From positions 1 through 54,733 of the forward strand of contig CAZSFH010000001.1 in NCBI GenBank assembly GCA_964606115.1: a stretch of 54,733 nucleotides of DNA, in the 5' to 3' direction. The translations under genes and the position numbers were made by a program. The first letter of the stretch is position 1; each line of letters begins with the position of its first letter. Origin of the DNA: an uncultured Planctomycetia bacterium (GTDB lineage Bacteria; Planctomycetota; MHYJ01; CAYXQY01). Of the stretch, positions 18,233 through 27,518 are shown in pieces. The notes under the pieces were generated by a model. The model searched no databases. It was given only the letters and a program-made list of their open reading frames with translations, and was not told the DNA's origin.

Positions 18233-19510
18233 TCAATCCTCGTTCGTATTCGACTTGAGAAGGAGCCGGGTCTGTTCCATCTTTCGTGAAATGGCCGGTT
18301 CAAGAGCGTCGACCTCTTTGAACAAGTCCTTTCCCGAACGGTATACGTTTAATGCTTTCTGGAACTCTCCCTTTTCTTCATGCGGTTCCGCTTTTTTGAG
18401 GAGCAATTTAAATTCGTTCAAAATTCGTTCGCGTGTTTTTCGAAGCGTCGTTTTCACCCGGGTCTTCAGCCAGGAATTGTTAAATGTTTGCTGCAGGGAA
18501 CGGGCGCGTTTGAGAGCTTTTGAAAATTCTTTCTCATTCAGTAGCGACGCGATAGAGCTCTTCCGCCGTTCAAGGTATTTTTTGGCCGCACTGAGCTGAA
18601 CCTTATTGACGCGCGGCCAGGATCGCGATGAACCATCTTCGATCCAGATCCGCCGCTGAAGAAACAGGTCGATCATCTTCGGCGCGTCCTCAAACGGGCC
18701 TTCCGTTTCTGTATGCTGTAGAAGAAACGGTTTATGTTTGTTCCATAGCACGTTTAGCTTACTTCGAAAGGTTTTCAGGCTTGATTGAACGGAAGAAGGG
18801 GGGGCGGAGGAAGAGGGGCGATACCGGCTGACGAGATCGCGGTATGCCGACCAAATTTTGTTTTGTCGTTCCAGAATCTTCGAGATGGAGGATTTTAGGG
18901 ATTGCGCCCGGGAGGCGGCCGGTGTGTTTGGATATTGCCTCAAGAGCGAGTGTACGCCTTCAAGAGCCTGTTCGTGCTTGTGACGAACGTTCAGGTCGAC
19001 GGTCCTGTTCAGCAGTTTCCGAGCTTTCTGTTCCGCCGTATTGGAGCCGGGATTATAGAACAGGAAAAGGGCCAGACCCACGAGCAGAAGAACGGCGGAG
19101 ATTCGAAGGAGTTTTTTGACAAGTTCCTGACGTTCCAGCTGTTGAATCAGCTCCTTTGCACGCTCCCCCGAGCCCTTGGACTCGTCTTCTCCAGCTCCTT
19201 CAGTCCCCGTAAATTCAACGTCGACGACGAACTGACCGACCCCGCCCCTGTCATCCTCCGACAGGACGGCCCGGTCGATTTTCTCGCTGTTCAGATACGT
19301 TCCATTGGTGGAATCAAGGTCCTCCAGCTCGAACTCTTCTTCACCGATTCGTTTGATCCGGCAGTGCGTTGAGGAAACGGTATCGGATTCAAGTGTGAGG
19401 TCCGACCGGTCCGGATCACGGCCGATGATCAGTTCATCCTGATCCGTATCGGTCCATTCGTAGCGGTGTATGACAGCACCATCGGCGTTGCGAAACGTGA
19501 GCTTGAGCAT
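18233..19510 (-). CDS. FHA-domain membrane protein
   Basis: N-terminal FHA (LIIGRDPDRSDLTLESDTVSSTHCRI...STNGTYLN), one TM (LLRISAVLLLVGLALFLFY), ~250-aa unknown C-terminal domain. ATG at 19510 lies 1 nt after the birA stop. Confidence 0.75.
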   Translation of the reverse strand: MLKLTFRNADGAVIHRYEWTDTDQDELIIGRDPDRSDLTLESDTVSSTHCRIKRIGEEEFELEDLDSTNGTYLNSEKIDRAVLSEDDRGGVGQFVVDVEFTGTEGAGEDESKGSGERAKELIQQLERQELVKKLLRISAVLLLVGLALFLFYNPGSNTAEQKARKLLNRTVDLNVRHKHEQALEGVHSLLRQYPNTPAASRAQSLKSSISKILERQNKIWSAYRDLVSRYRPSSSAPPSSVQSSLKTFRSKLNVLWNKHKPFLLQHTETEGPFEDAPKMIDLFLQRRIWIEDGSSRSWPRVNKVQLSAAKKYLERRKSSIASLLNEKEFSKALKRARSLQQTFNNSWLKTRVKTTLRKTRERILNEFKLLLKKAEPHEEKGEFQKALNVYRSGKDLFKEVDALEPAISRKMEQTRLLLKSNTNED

Positions 19511-19511
19511 G

Positions 19512-20381
19512 TCAGGATGATGGTTCCGTTTTTTTGACCGGAACAATACGCAGTTCCTCGACGTGAGACGGTTCAAAGATGCGGTATCCGCCTTCGTCCA
19601 TCCGGAGCGTTAAACCTTTCTCAAGGCTGACGTCCTGAACCGTGCCGGTTAGCAGCCGTTCGTCCGAACGTATCTTTACACGACGGTTGATGACGGCGGA
19701 GAACCGCGACCACTCGTCGTCGATTTCGGCATGTCGGTGACTATACAGCTGACTTAATTTTTTATCAAGGTACTGGAGATAGGCTTTCAGAAGCTTATTG
19801 CGATCCAGTTGCCGGCCGGTTTGAGCCCGTATTGAGGTTGCCTCATTCCGAATTTCTTCCGGGAATTTTTCCTGCGGCATGTTGACGTTGATTCCACATC
19901 CCACCACTGCTCTCGGTCGTTTCTGATTTCCAAGCTGTTTCGTTTCCACGAGTACACCGGCAAACTTTTGAACCGATCCGGGATCCTTCTCCGGGTGACC
20001 GTACACCACGTCGTTCGGCCATCGAATTCTGGGGTCCGAATCCGTTTCCTCCCGGACGGCGTGGACAACGGAGAGGGATGCGATGACCGTGAGGTGGGGG
20101 AAGAGATGGTGACCCGGCAGTTTCGGTTTGAGAAGCACGGACACCCAGATCCCGACGTCTCCCGGACTGAACCAGTTCCGTCCGTGGCGACCACGGCCTT
20201 CGGTCTGCCGATCCGCGACGATGACCTGTCCGAGAGATCGCTTCTTGTCGTTCTCCCGCGCAAGTCGCCACGCTTCGTCCATGGTGGAATCGAGCTCGTC
20301 GTGACAGTGGATCGGAACCTGCAGATGTTTGAATTCAATTCCTTCTGTTATGGTATCGGAATCGGGATATTGATCTGCCAT
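19512..20381 (-). CDS. birA: Biotin--[acetyl-CoA-carboxylase] ligase
   Basis: GRGRHGRNWFSPGDVGIWVSVLL motif and a C-terminal SH3-like domain. The start at 20381 avoids overlap with nadC. Confidence 0.85.
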   Translation of the reverse strand: MADQYPDSDTITEGIEFKHLQVPIHCHDELDSTMDEAWRLARENDKKRSLGQVIVADRQTEGRGRHGRNWFSPGDVGIWVSVLLKPKLPGHHLFPHLTVIASLSVVHAVREETDSDPRIRWPNDVVYGHPEKDPGSVQKFAGVLVETKQLGNQKRPRAVVGCGINVNMPQEKFPEEIRNEATSIRAQTGRQLDRNKLLKAYLQYLDKKLSQLYSHRHAEIDDEWSRFSAVINRRVKIRSDERLLTGTVQDVSLEKGLTLRMDEGGYRIFEPSHVEELRIVPVKKTEPSS

Positions 20382-20397
20382 TGTTTCGTATGCTACG

Positions 20398-21294
20398 TCA
20401 ACTGGAATCGGAATTGTTTTTTGGCGGGGCCTTCTCAAATTGGAGCTGCATTGAAAAATCCACGGCCGGTGCCGAATGGGTTAGGGATCCAATCGAGATT
20501 CGATCAACTCCTGTTTCAGCATAATCCTTAACATTGTTCAGATCAATTCCACCCGATGCTTCGATGCGAATGGCCTCGTCCGCGGACTCAATTCGGTCGA
20601 CTGCCCGTGCCGTTTCCTTCACGGACATGTTATCCAGCAGAATGAGTTCTGGTCGGCAGGAGAGCACGAATTCCAGCTCATTGAGGGAAGACACTTCGAT
20701 CTGAACCTCAACCGTTTTTTGTAGCTTCTCGACAATTGATTTCAGGTCCTGGTCCGGATACTGTTTCAACGCATGGAGATGGTTCTCCTTGACGAGCGCC
20801 ATTTCGGACATGTTCATTCGATGGTTTTTCCCTCCCCCAACGCGAACGGCGTATTTTTCGAGTGTACGCCATCCGGGTGTGGTTTTCCGGGTGTCCAGTA
20901 TTCGGACGTCCTGGTTGGCTACTTTTCGAACAAAGCGACTGGTCCGCGTAGCTACGCCGGAAAGGTGTTGCAGGAAGTTAAGAGCAACCCGTTCGCCCGC
21001 GAGCAGGGTCTCAACTGAACCTTCGAGTGTTAGAACGACGTCCCCCTGCCGAAACTCTCTTCCGTCGTCGTCCGATGAGAACTGGATGTTCCCGGACAGT
21101 CGGTTGAACAACTGATCGATGACGAACGTACCGGCGAGAACCCCCGCTTCGCGAGCGATGATCACACCTTCTGCCCGGAGATCGTCAGGGACCATGTACC
21201 GGGTTGTGATATCCTCGCGGAGCTGATCTTCCTCGATGGCACGATCGATCAGCTGTAACGTCGTGGCCTGTAAAGAGCCCTGCTCGTTCCCCAT
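20398..21294 (-). CDS. nadC: Nicotinate-nucleotide pyrophosphorylase (quinolinate phosphoribosyltransferase)
   Basis: QPRTase-like throughout: ILDTRKTTPGWR, VRVGGGKNHR, LDNM, IEASGGI. Confidence 0.9.
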   Translation of the reverse strand: MGNEQGSLQATTLQLIDRAIEEDQLREDITTRYMVPDDLRAEGVIIAREAGVLAGTFVIDQLFNRLSGNIQFSSDDDGREFRQGDVVLTLEGSVETLLAGERVALNFLQHLSGVATRTSRFVRKVANQDVRILDTRKTTPGWRTLEKYAVRVGGGKNHRMNMSEMALVKENHLHALKQYPDQDLKSIVEKLQKTVEVQIEVSSLNELEFVLSCRPELILLDNMSVKETARAVDRIESADEAIRIEASGGIDLNNVKDYAETGVDRISIGSLTHSAPAVDFSMQLQFEKAPPKNNSDSS

Positions 21295-21300
21295 GGTGGA

Positions 21301-22167
21301 TCAGACGGCGGCCTGAAGGGTCTTCCCGATCTCCGCCGGGTTCCGGGCGACCTGAACACCAACCGATTCGAGGGCGCTAATTTTGGAGGCCGCGTCTCCC
21401 TTTCCTCCCATGACAATGGCTCCAGCGTGGCCCATGCGCTTTCCTTTGGGAGCCGTTCGACCAGCTATGAAGGCCGTAACCGGAATGGTAATTTCGTCGT
21501 CAATGAATTCGGCGGTCCGTTCTTCGGCCGTACCCCCGATTTCACCAATCAAGACCACGGCATCGGTGTCGGGATCATCCTCGAAGTATGACAGCGCTTC
21601 GATGAAGTCAAGTCCGATGATCGGGTCCCCTCCGATCCCGATACAGGTCGACTGACCAAGATCGAGGTTGGTGAGCTGGTAAACGGCTTCGTAGGTGAGA
21701 GTTCCGCTCCGGGAGATCACTCCGATGCGGCCGGGGTTGTGAATATAGCCGGGCATGATCCCAATCTTGCAGACGCCGGGGGTAATGATTCCCGGACAAT
21801 TCGGACCGATGAGCGTGGAATCGGTGTCTTTGAGAAATTCTTTCACACGGGTCATCTGCAGGATCGGAATGCCCTCCGTGATACAGACGATCAGCTCGAT
21901 TCCCGCGTCGGCCGCTTCCATGATAGCGTCCGCTGCAAATGGCGGAGGAACGAAAATGACGGAGGTGTTTGCTCCCGTTTCCTCGCGTGCCTCCTCAACG
22001 GTGTCGAAAATGGGCAGACCGTGTTCCCGTCCACCGCCTTTGCCCGGCGTAACCCCCCCTACCAGATTTGTTCCGTACTCCAGCATTTTTTCCGTGTGAA
22101 AACTGCCGGAACCCCCCGTGATGCCCTGACAGAGGACTTTCGTATCCTGATCGACAAGAATGCTCAT
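21301..22167 (-). CDS. sucD: Succinyl-CoA synthetase alpha subunit
   Basis: [33 protein letters not shown], and the phosphohistidine loop MGHAGAI. Confidence 0.9.
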   Translation of the reverse strand: MSILVDQDTKVLCQGITGGSGSFHTEKMLEYGTNLVGGVTPGKGGGREHGLPIFDTVEEAREETGANTSVIFVPPPFAADAIMEAADAGIELIVCITEGIPILQMTRVKEFLKDTDSTLIGPNCPGIITPGVCKIGIMPGYIHNPGRIGVISRSGTLTYEAVYQLTNLDLGQSTCIGIGGDPIIGLDFIEALSYFEDDPDTDAVVLIGEIGGTAEERTAEFIDDEITIPVTAFIAGRTAPKGKRMGHAGAIVMGGKGDAASKISALESVGVQVARNPAEIGKTLQAAV

Positions 22168-22423
22168 CACTTTGGTTTTGAAGAGAGCCAAAAAAAAAGC
22201 ACGAGTAAACCTAATTGACCCGGTCCGAAGAGGTGCGTTCACCTCAGCGAACTGGTTTTTGATCAGAACATGCGGATCCTTCCTGAATTTATGCCAGAAG
22301 GTACCATATCTTCAAAAAGCAACGCCAGGTTACTTTTTGAAATAAGCGATGGCTACGCAAATGTGAGAAATACGTCTGCATTATAAAGAATGCCTTCCAG
22401 CGGTCAAATCCAGATGGAGTCTA

Positions 22424-23071
22424 TCAGAGGTTTCGTCGATCCACATTCAGAAGTTCGAGAAATTCCATGCGCGTACGGGAATCGCGCCGGAACAGATCAA
22501 GCATGGCGCTGGTCACGGCTTTCACGTTCTGCTTTTGAACCCCTCTCATCATCATGCACAGGTGGTGTCCCTCGACCACCACGCCGACCCCTTTCGGTTC
22601 AACGATTTCCTGGATGGATTGGGCGACCTGTGTGGTCAGACGTTCCTGAACCTGCAGACGGCGAGCGTACAGGTCCACGAGGCGAGATAGTTTACTGAGC
22701 CCGACGACTTGACGATCCGGAACGTAAGCGATATGCGCCTGACCGTAAAACGGAAGCATGTGATGCTCACAGAGGCTGTAGAAATCAATATCCTCGACGA
22801 TGACCATTTCGTCGTATTCGATTTCGAACAAGGCTCCTTCAAACAGTTCCTCGGCGCTTCGTTCGTATCCTTCCGTCAGAAATGAAAGGGCGGATGCGAC
22901 GCGTTCCGGGGTTTCTTTTAAGCCGTCACGTTCGGGTTGATCCACCAATTTTTCGAGGATGTCCCCGACCAGGCGGGACATGTCTTCGGGGGCGTCCGGA
23001 AACCGTCCGGACAAGGAGGAGCCGTCCCCGCTGATCGGTTCCTGCAATTGTTTCGAGTCGCTGTTCGACAT
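22424..23071 (-). CDS. folE: GTP cyclohydrolase I
   Basis: CEHHMLPFYG and HLCMMMRGV motifs. Confidence 0.9.
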   Translation of the reverse strand: MSNSDSKQLQEPISGDGSSLSGRFPDAPEDMSRLVGDILEKLVDQPERDGLKETPERVASALSFLTEGYERSAEELFEGALFEIEYDEMVIVEDIDFYSLCEHHMLPFYGQAHIAYVPDRQVVGLSKLSRLVDLYARRLQVQERLTTQVAQSIQEIVEPKGVGVVVEGHHLCMMMRGVQKQNVKAVTSAMLDLFRRDSRTRMEFLELLNVDRRNL

Positions 23072-23164
23072 GATCGAGTGTGATTCAGAAGTGAGCGAAA
23101 AAAGACGGGTGCGAAATGTTTCTGGCGGGACGTCTTATTTTCTAAGACGAGTTGAAAAGGCGGA

Positions 23165-24322
23165 TCAGGTCGTTTTCTGAGCGGATGTATCTTCCGCGGC
23201 CGCCGGAGCCGAATCGGAACGTTCCTCGTCCGATGTTTCCCGCTGTGGCCCGGGCTCGTTCTTCGACTCCCTGTCGGTGGAGTTCGTCCCCGAAGCGGTT
23301 TCATGGGACAGGTCGTGATCCGCCATAACCCGACCGGCGACCTGACCTTTTAGTTCGGCGGGTTTTCCTTCCAGGAACGCTCCCAGCGATCGATATTTTT
23401 CGTACCTTCGTTCCAGCAACTCATCGATGTCGTATGAATCGAGCTCTTCGATGTAGCGAATAATTGTGCTCTTAAGGATGTCCGCCGTTCCCTTGGGGTC
23501 CCGGTGAGCTCCGCCGAGTGGTTCGGGAATAATTTCATCCACGATGCCGTGTTTCTTGAGGTCACCGGGTGTCAGTTTGAGTGCCTCCGCGGCTTCCGGG
23601 GCCTTATCACCGCTTTTCCAGAGAATGGCTCCACAACCTTCGGGGGAAATGACGGAGTAATAAGCGTTTTCCATGATGGAAAAGTAATCTCCTACACCGA
23701 TGCCGATGGCTCCACCACTACCACCCTCACCCGTGACAATGCAGATAATCGGCGTTCGGAGCCGGGACATCTCGAACATGTTTTTGGCGATGGCCCGAGC
23801 CTGGCCTCGTTCCTCCGCTCCGATTCCGGGATAGGCCCCGGGCGTGTTAATAAGGGAAACGATAGGCAAATTAAATTTTTCGGCAAGTTTCATTTTGTCC
23901 AGGGCTTTCCGGTAGCCTTCGGGATGAGCGCTACCGAAGTTGCAATCCATCCGCTCCTGTGTGTTCTTCCCCCGGCGATGACCCATGAACATCATTCGCT
24001 GATGTTCGATCGTTGCCAGACCGGTAACGATAGCGTCGTCGTCCCAATACTTGTGGTCGCCGTGAAGCTCGACGAAGTCGTCCAGAATCAGCTGAATGAA
24101 ATCACTGATCACCGGACGTTCCGGATCGCGGGCGAGCTGAACCCGTTCCCAGGCCGAAAGGTTGGCGTAGGTCACTCTTTTTTGACGCTCAAGGCATTCC
24201 CGAAGCCGGTGGATTTCATCGCTGAGATCAATATCACTTTTGCTGGACACCCGTTCGAGATCCTCGATTTTCTGTTCAAGGATCTGAATCGGTTTTTCAA
24301 AATCGTGTGATCCTTCTCCCAT
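23165..24322 (-). CDS. accA: Acetyl-CoA carboxylase carboxyltransferase alpha subunit with a ~70-aa low-complexity C-terminal tail
   Basis: N-terminus DFEKPIQILEQKIEDL parallels E. coli AccA. Also TPGAYPGIGAEERGQA and GEGGSGGA. Confidence 0.9.
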   Translation of the reverse strand: MGEGSHDFEKPIQILEQKIEDLERVSSKSDIDLSDEIHRLRECLERQKRVTYANLSAWERVQLARDPERPVISDFIQLILDDFVELHGDHKYWDDDAIVTGLATIEHQRMMFMGHRRGKNTQERMDCNFGSAHPEGYRKALDKMKLAEKFNLPIVSLINTPGAYPGIGAEERGQARAIAKNMFEMSRLRTPIICIVTGEGGSGGAIGIGVGDYFSIMENAYYSVISPEGCGAILWKSGDKAPEAAEALKLTPGDLKKHGIVDEIIPEPLGGAHRDPKGTADILKSTIIRYIEELDSYDIDELLERRYEKYRSLGAFLEGKPAELKGQVAGRVMADHDLSHETASGTNSTDRESKNEPGPQRETSDEERSDSAPAAAEDTSAQKTT

Positions 24323-24610
24323 GGGATTCTGTACCGAATAAAACGCAACGTACACGAAGGCGACGTTTTCTACGACAAGGAGCGCTTATTCCAAACGTCT
24401 TTTCTTCCCCCGAAACCCGGTTTGAATTTTATCGGTTTAATTCCTGACTGGGATAAATCGAGGGCGGGAGGTCACTCCCGTATACATACCGTATTGTTGT
24501 TATACTACCAATCTCTGCTTAAGAGTACAACCATGATGGCCTATAAAAACTACTCCTGAAATGACTGGAGCCGTTTATATTTATTTAAATCGCCTTCGAA
24601 ACATGCTTTT

Positions 24611-24628
24611 TAGGCCCTATCTGAAAAG
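24611..24628 (+). repeat. Motif copy TAGGCCCTATCTGAAAAG
   Basis: 16/18 identical to the 26015-26032 copy. Lies ~250 nt upstream of the 24878 gene, in the same orientation. Confidence 0.6.
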
Positions 24629-24877
24629 AGGATGTGCAAACGGTGAAATCTCATCGAGTGCTCCACTTGGAATTCGACCGCGTGAAGTTTGGGTTCCTTT
24701 GTGCTTTCAGGGTTTAAAAGGACGGCTTTCTATGATAGTATTATGAAACTACCCGATTGGGGGAGGCGGAATTCAAGATACTGAGGCTGCAGGGGTTTTT
24801 CCGGGGAGATCGGGGAAGAGTGCTGGATACGTTTTTTTTCTTCGAAATCTACGCTTTTATTTTTTCTGGAGAAATTC

Positions 24878-25594
24878 ATGTTTAACGAACATCTACGCGT
24901 GCACACGTTTTTTGTGTTCAGTCTGGGAGCGATCATGTCCTTTGCGATAGCCGTGGGGCTTCATGCTCAGGAAAACAAGCCGTCCGGCGAGAATGATCAG
25001 TCGGAAGCGTCAGCGAAGCCGGCCATCAAAGTGGGATCCAAGTCCATCAGTCAGAAGGAATTTCAGGCTGAACTGGAGCAAACGGTCAAAAGGTTTCAAC
25101 GACGAATGCCAAAAGGATCGGGGAAGGGCGCTCGGATTCGAAAAATGGTAAAGCCCAAACTGAAACAGCGAAAAGTTCGTCAGCTTCTCCTGGAACATCA
25201 CGCCGAGAAGGCGGGGGTTTCCGTTTCCGAGGAAGAAGTGGACAAGGAATGGAATAAATTGAAAGAGAGAGCTAAAAAGAAAGGAAAATCGGAGAAGTTC
25301 CTCAAGAAGATTCTCAAACAGAAAGGTCGAGCCTCGGATCCTCGTGAGGTTCTGAGAAACAGCCTCCGGATCCAAAAGTATATCGACAATAATGTGGATG
25401 CGGATCAGGACGTTACGGAGAAGGAAATAAAAGACTTCTTCGAAAAAAACAAAAAGCGCCGCTACAAGAATAAGAAGTACGATGACGTGAAGGAACAGAT
25501 CCGTTCCACGCTGAAGAATAAAAAGCGGGATGAAGATTTAAAAAAGTTGATCAAAAAGCTCAAGAAAAAGACGGACATCCAGACGAACGTTTAA
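24878..25594 (+). CDS. Secreted lysine-rich protein, SurA-N/PpiD-like chaperone domain without a PPIase domain (tentative)
   Basis: Signal-like N-terminus, then KVGSKSISQKEFQAELEQ... and VTEKEIKDFFEKNKKRY, resembling SurA N-terminal-domain proteins. K/E-rich, AT-rich codons. Confidence 0.45.
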   Translation: MFNEHLRVHTFFVFSLGAIMSFAIAVGLHAQENKPSGENDQSEASAKPAIKVGSKSISQKEFQAELEQTVKRFQRRMPKGSGKGARIRKMVKPKLKQRKVRQLLLEHHAEKAGVSVSEEEVDKEWNKLKERAKKKGKSEKFLKKILKQKGRASDPREVLRNSLRIQKYIDNNVDADQDVTEKEIKDFFEKNKKRRYKNKKYDDVKEQIRSTLKNKKRDEDLKKLIKKLKKKTDIQTNV

Positions 25595-25737
25595 CGAAAT
25601 CCACCTGAAAAAATGGGGGGTCTTTCTTCAGCGAACGGCGGGTTTGTGAGAGGGTTTGTTGAAGAAGACCTTGATCTAAAATAGGAGGTTTTGGTTCAAG
25701 CTTCCAGAGCAGGTCACCCGCGGCGTAAATCCGGGCA

Positions 25738-26037
25738 GGGTCTATTTCGACCCCATCTGAAAAGGGGGTGCGTACTCAGCGTCCGATTTTTGGTGCATAG
25801 CAAGGCATTTTGAGGAGGCAATGCCGTAAAAAGTGCATTGTCGACGAGAAATAACGCCGGTATGCGTCAAAAACCGGACGTTTTCTTCGAAAATGAGTCT
25901 CAGCGATTGCTCTGCGGCGTCCTTCGATCCTCACAAACCCGCTTGAAATTGGGGGTTTCTTCCGGTCGAACTCCTTGCAGAGCCCTCGCTGAGATCTCAC
26001 TGAGTGCACACCACCTTTTCAGATGGGGTCTATTTCA
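25738..26037. repeat. ~290-bp non-coding element bounded by 30-bp imperfect inverted repeats (MITE-like or structured-RNA locus)
   Basis: Left arm 25749-25778 is GACCCCATCTGAAAAGGGGGTGCGTACTCA. The reverse complement of the right arm 26001-26030 is GACCCCATCTGAAAAGGTGGTGTGCACTCA (27/30 identical). Confidence 0.7.
26015..26032 (-). repeat. Motif copy TAGACCCCATCTGAAAAG
   Basis: The TAG (26030-26032) is the stop codon of the 26030..27325 gene. Confidence 0.7.
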
Positions 26038-27325
26038 TTGCCTCCAGGAAAGATTGCGTCAGTTTTCGGAGGTTCTCAAACTTCTTTCGGGTCACCTCAA
26101 ACCGTTTCAGTGCTTCCGACCGGTTCATGGTGGAAAGATCGGACGAAAACGAATTTAGCTTCTGTGTGAGCTGAAGGAACCGTCGATAGATCAGGTCGGG
26201 AAGGTCGTCGTTCAGCTGGAGTAATCCACCGAGCACCTTATTTAAATTTTGCTGAATTTTGTCCGTGGGTAGGTCCTTGCCGGCGGAATTGGAGAGGTAC
26301 GAGTGGATTTCCGAGAACGTGTTGTCCATTTTGTTTAGCTGCCGGCGGAGTGCTTTTCGATCTTCCTTTTCCATCGGTACCACCAGGTTAAGGAAGACCA
26401 TGGTATCGGAAACACTTTGGCGCAGGTTCCGGTATTTTTTACGAAATACTCGGGCGGATTTCGGCGACTGTTCCGTACTCCAGAGTTCCTCCCGGGCCAT
26501 TTGATAAAGTTCGTTTAGCTTCTGAAGATCGTATTTCAGAAAATAGGCCGTCCGGTCTTCGGCAAAAAAGAAGGAGATGGTACGGTCGTTAAACCGCGGC
26601 CGTCTCTCATTGCTTTTTTTTACGTTCTGATAGCGCCGGGTCCAGCGCAGAGACCAGTTCAGCCATTTGCGTGCGAGGTTCAGGTAGGAAGGAGCAGGGA
26701 ACGATTGATCGATCTGTTTTCGCCGCTGGATGAATGTTGAAAATTTCGTTTTCAGTTCCTCGGCCAGATTCAAGGTGGTTTTGAGGTCCCGGCGAGCGGT
26801 GTCAAGCGCCTGTTTGCGCTGTTTTTTTAGTTTTTCTTTGGTTCCGAAAAACCAGCTCCTTGTTCGGCGCAGGGCGTGATCCACCTGTTTTAGTTTCTTT
26901 TTTACCTCTGGAATCTGATCGGACGGTTTCAGGGTAAGAACGAGCTTGTATTTTCCCGCCCACAGGGGCCGTTTTAAACCGAGGACCCGCGTCTCGATAT
27001 GTCCGTTGTCCTGAACCCGGACGGTCTTTCGATGCGTCAGGTAGTCGATGGGGGGTTGTCCGCGCACGTAGTATAGTTCGAGTTTTACGCGGGTCATGGA
27101 AGGCAACCTGGTCTTGCAACGAAGGAACAGGTAGTTCTTTCCGTTTGCGGATACCGGTCGGTACTCCACGTCTCCCGGAAATAGTTTTTTGCTTAATTCG
27201 GTGTTCGTTTTCGGTTCCTCTGAATCGGAACCGGAGAAAATTTGTGCTGTCAGGCCGGCGGACAGAAGAAAAGTGAGGGAAGAGATCATGAACGCGAAGA
27301 ACCGTTGCTTGTATCCGGTCAGCAT
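26030..27325 (-). CDS. Hypothetical secreted/membrane-anchored protein
   Basis: ATG at 27325 gives the signal-like N-terminus MLTGYKQRFFAFMISSLTFLLSAGLTAQ. K/R-rich helical remainder, no recognised motif. Confidence 0.5.
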   Translation of the reverse strand: MLTGYKQRFFAFMISSLTFLLSAGLTAQIFSGSDSEEPKTNTELSKKLFPGDVEYRPVSANGKNYLFLRCKTRLPSMTRVKLELYYVRGQPPIDYLTHRKTVRVQDNGHIETRVLGLKRPLWAGKYKLVLTLKPSDQIPEVKKKLKQVDHALRRTRSWFFGTKEKLKKQRKQALDTARRDLKTTLNLAEELKTKFSTFIQRRKQIDQSFPAPSYLNLARKWLNWSLRWTRRYQNVKKSNERRPRFNDRTISFFFAEDRTAYFLKYDLQKLNELYQMAREELWSTEQSPKSARVFRKKYRNLRQSVSDTMVFLNLVVPMEKEDRKALRRQLNKMDNTFSEIHSYLSNSAGKDLPTDKIQQNLNKVLGGLLQLNDDLPDLIYRRFLQLTQKLNSFSSDLSTMNRSEALKRFEVTRKKFENLRKLTQSFLEAMK

Positions 27326-27499
27326 AATTGTTTTATAAGTTAAAGTGAAAAAGTGCGCAATTTTGTCGCGGTTGTGTGCAGTGATATATTGTAGCGCCCG
27401 ATGATCCTGCATTCAAAAATTCTTCTTCGGATTTCTCGCGTTTTATGTTAGGGCCCGTGCGGGTTCGTTCCGTACGGGATCAGTGTACACAGGAGGCTA

Positions 27500-27518
27500 T
27501 TTTTCAGATCCGGTCTAA
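27500..27518 (-). repeat. Motif copy TTAGACCGGATCTGAAAAA
   Basis: Lies ~175-190 nt upstream of the 27325 start, in the same orientation. Embedded in a nested inverted repeat (27440-27525). Confidence 0.65.

Noticed and set aside
23072-23164. Possible terminator between accA and folE (AAGACG...CGTCTTTTTT on the minus strand).
   Set aside because: The 6-bp stem encloses a ~23-nt largely unpaired loop, which is not convincing without transcript data.
25776-26158. ORFs of 77 aa (25776-26009, -) and 106 aa (25838-26158, +) inside the inverted-repeat element.
   Set aside because: They overlap each other, the IR arms and the 3' end of the neighbouring gene. No start context or protein-like composition is apparent, so the region is better explained as non-coding.
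24611-27518. Integron gene-cassette / attC interpretation of the motif-bracketed genes.
   Set aside because: There are no RYYYAAC...GTTRRRY core-site pairs at the repeats (one fortuitous GTTAGAC only). No intI integrase is present, and the two genes are convergent rather than in an array.
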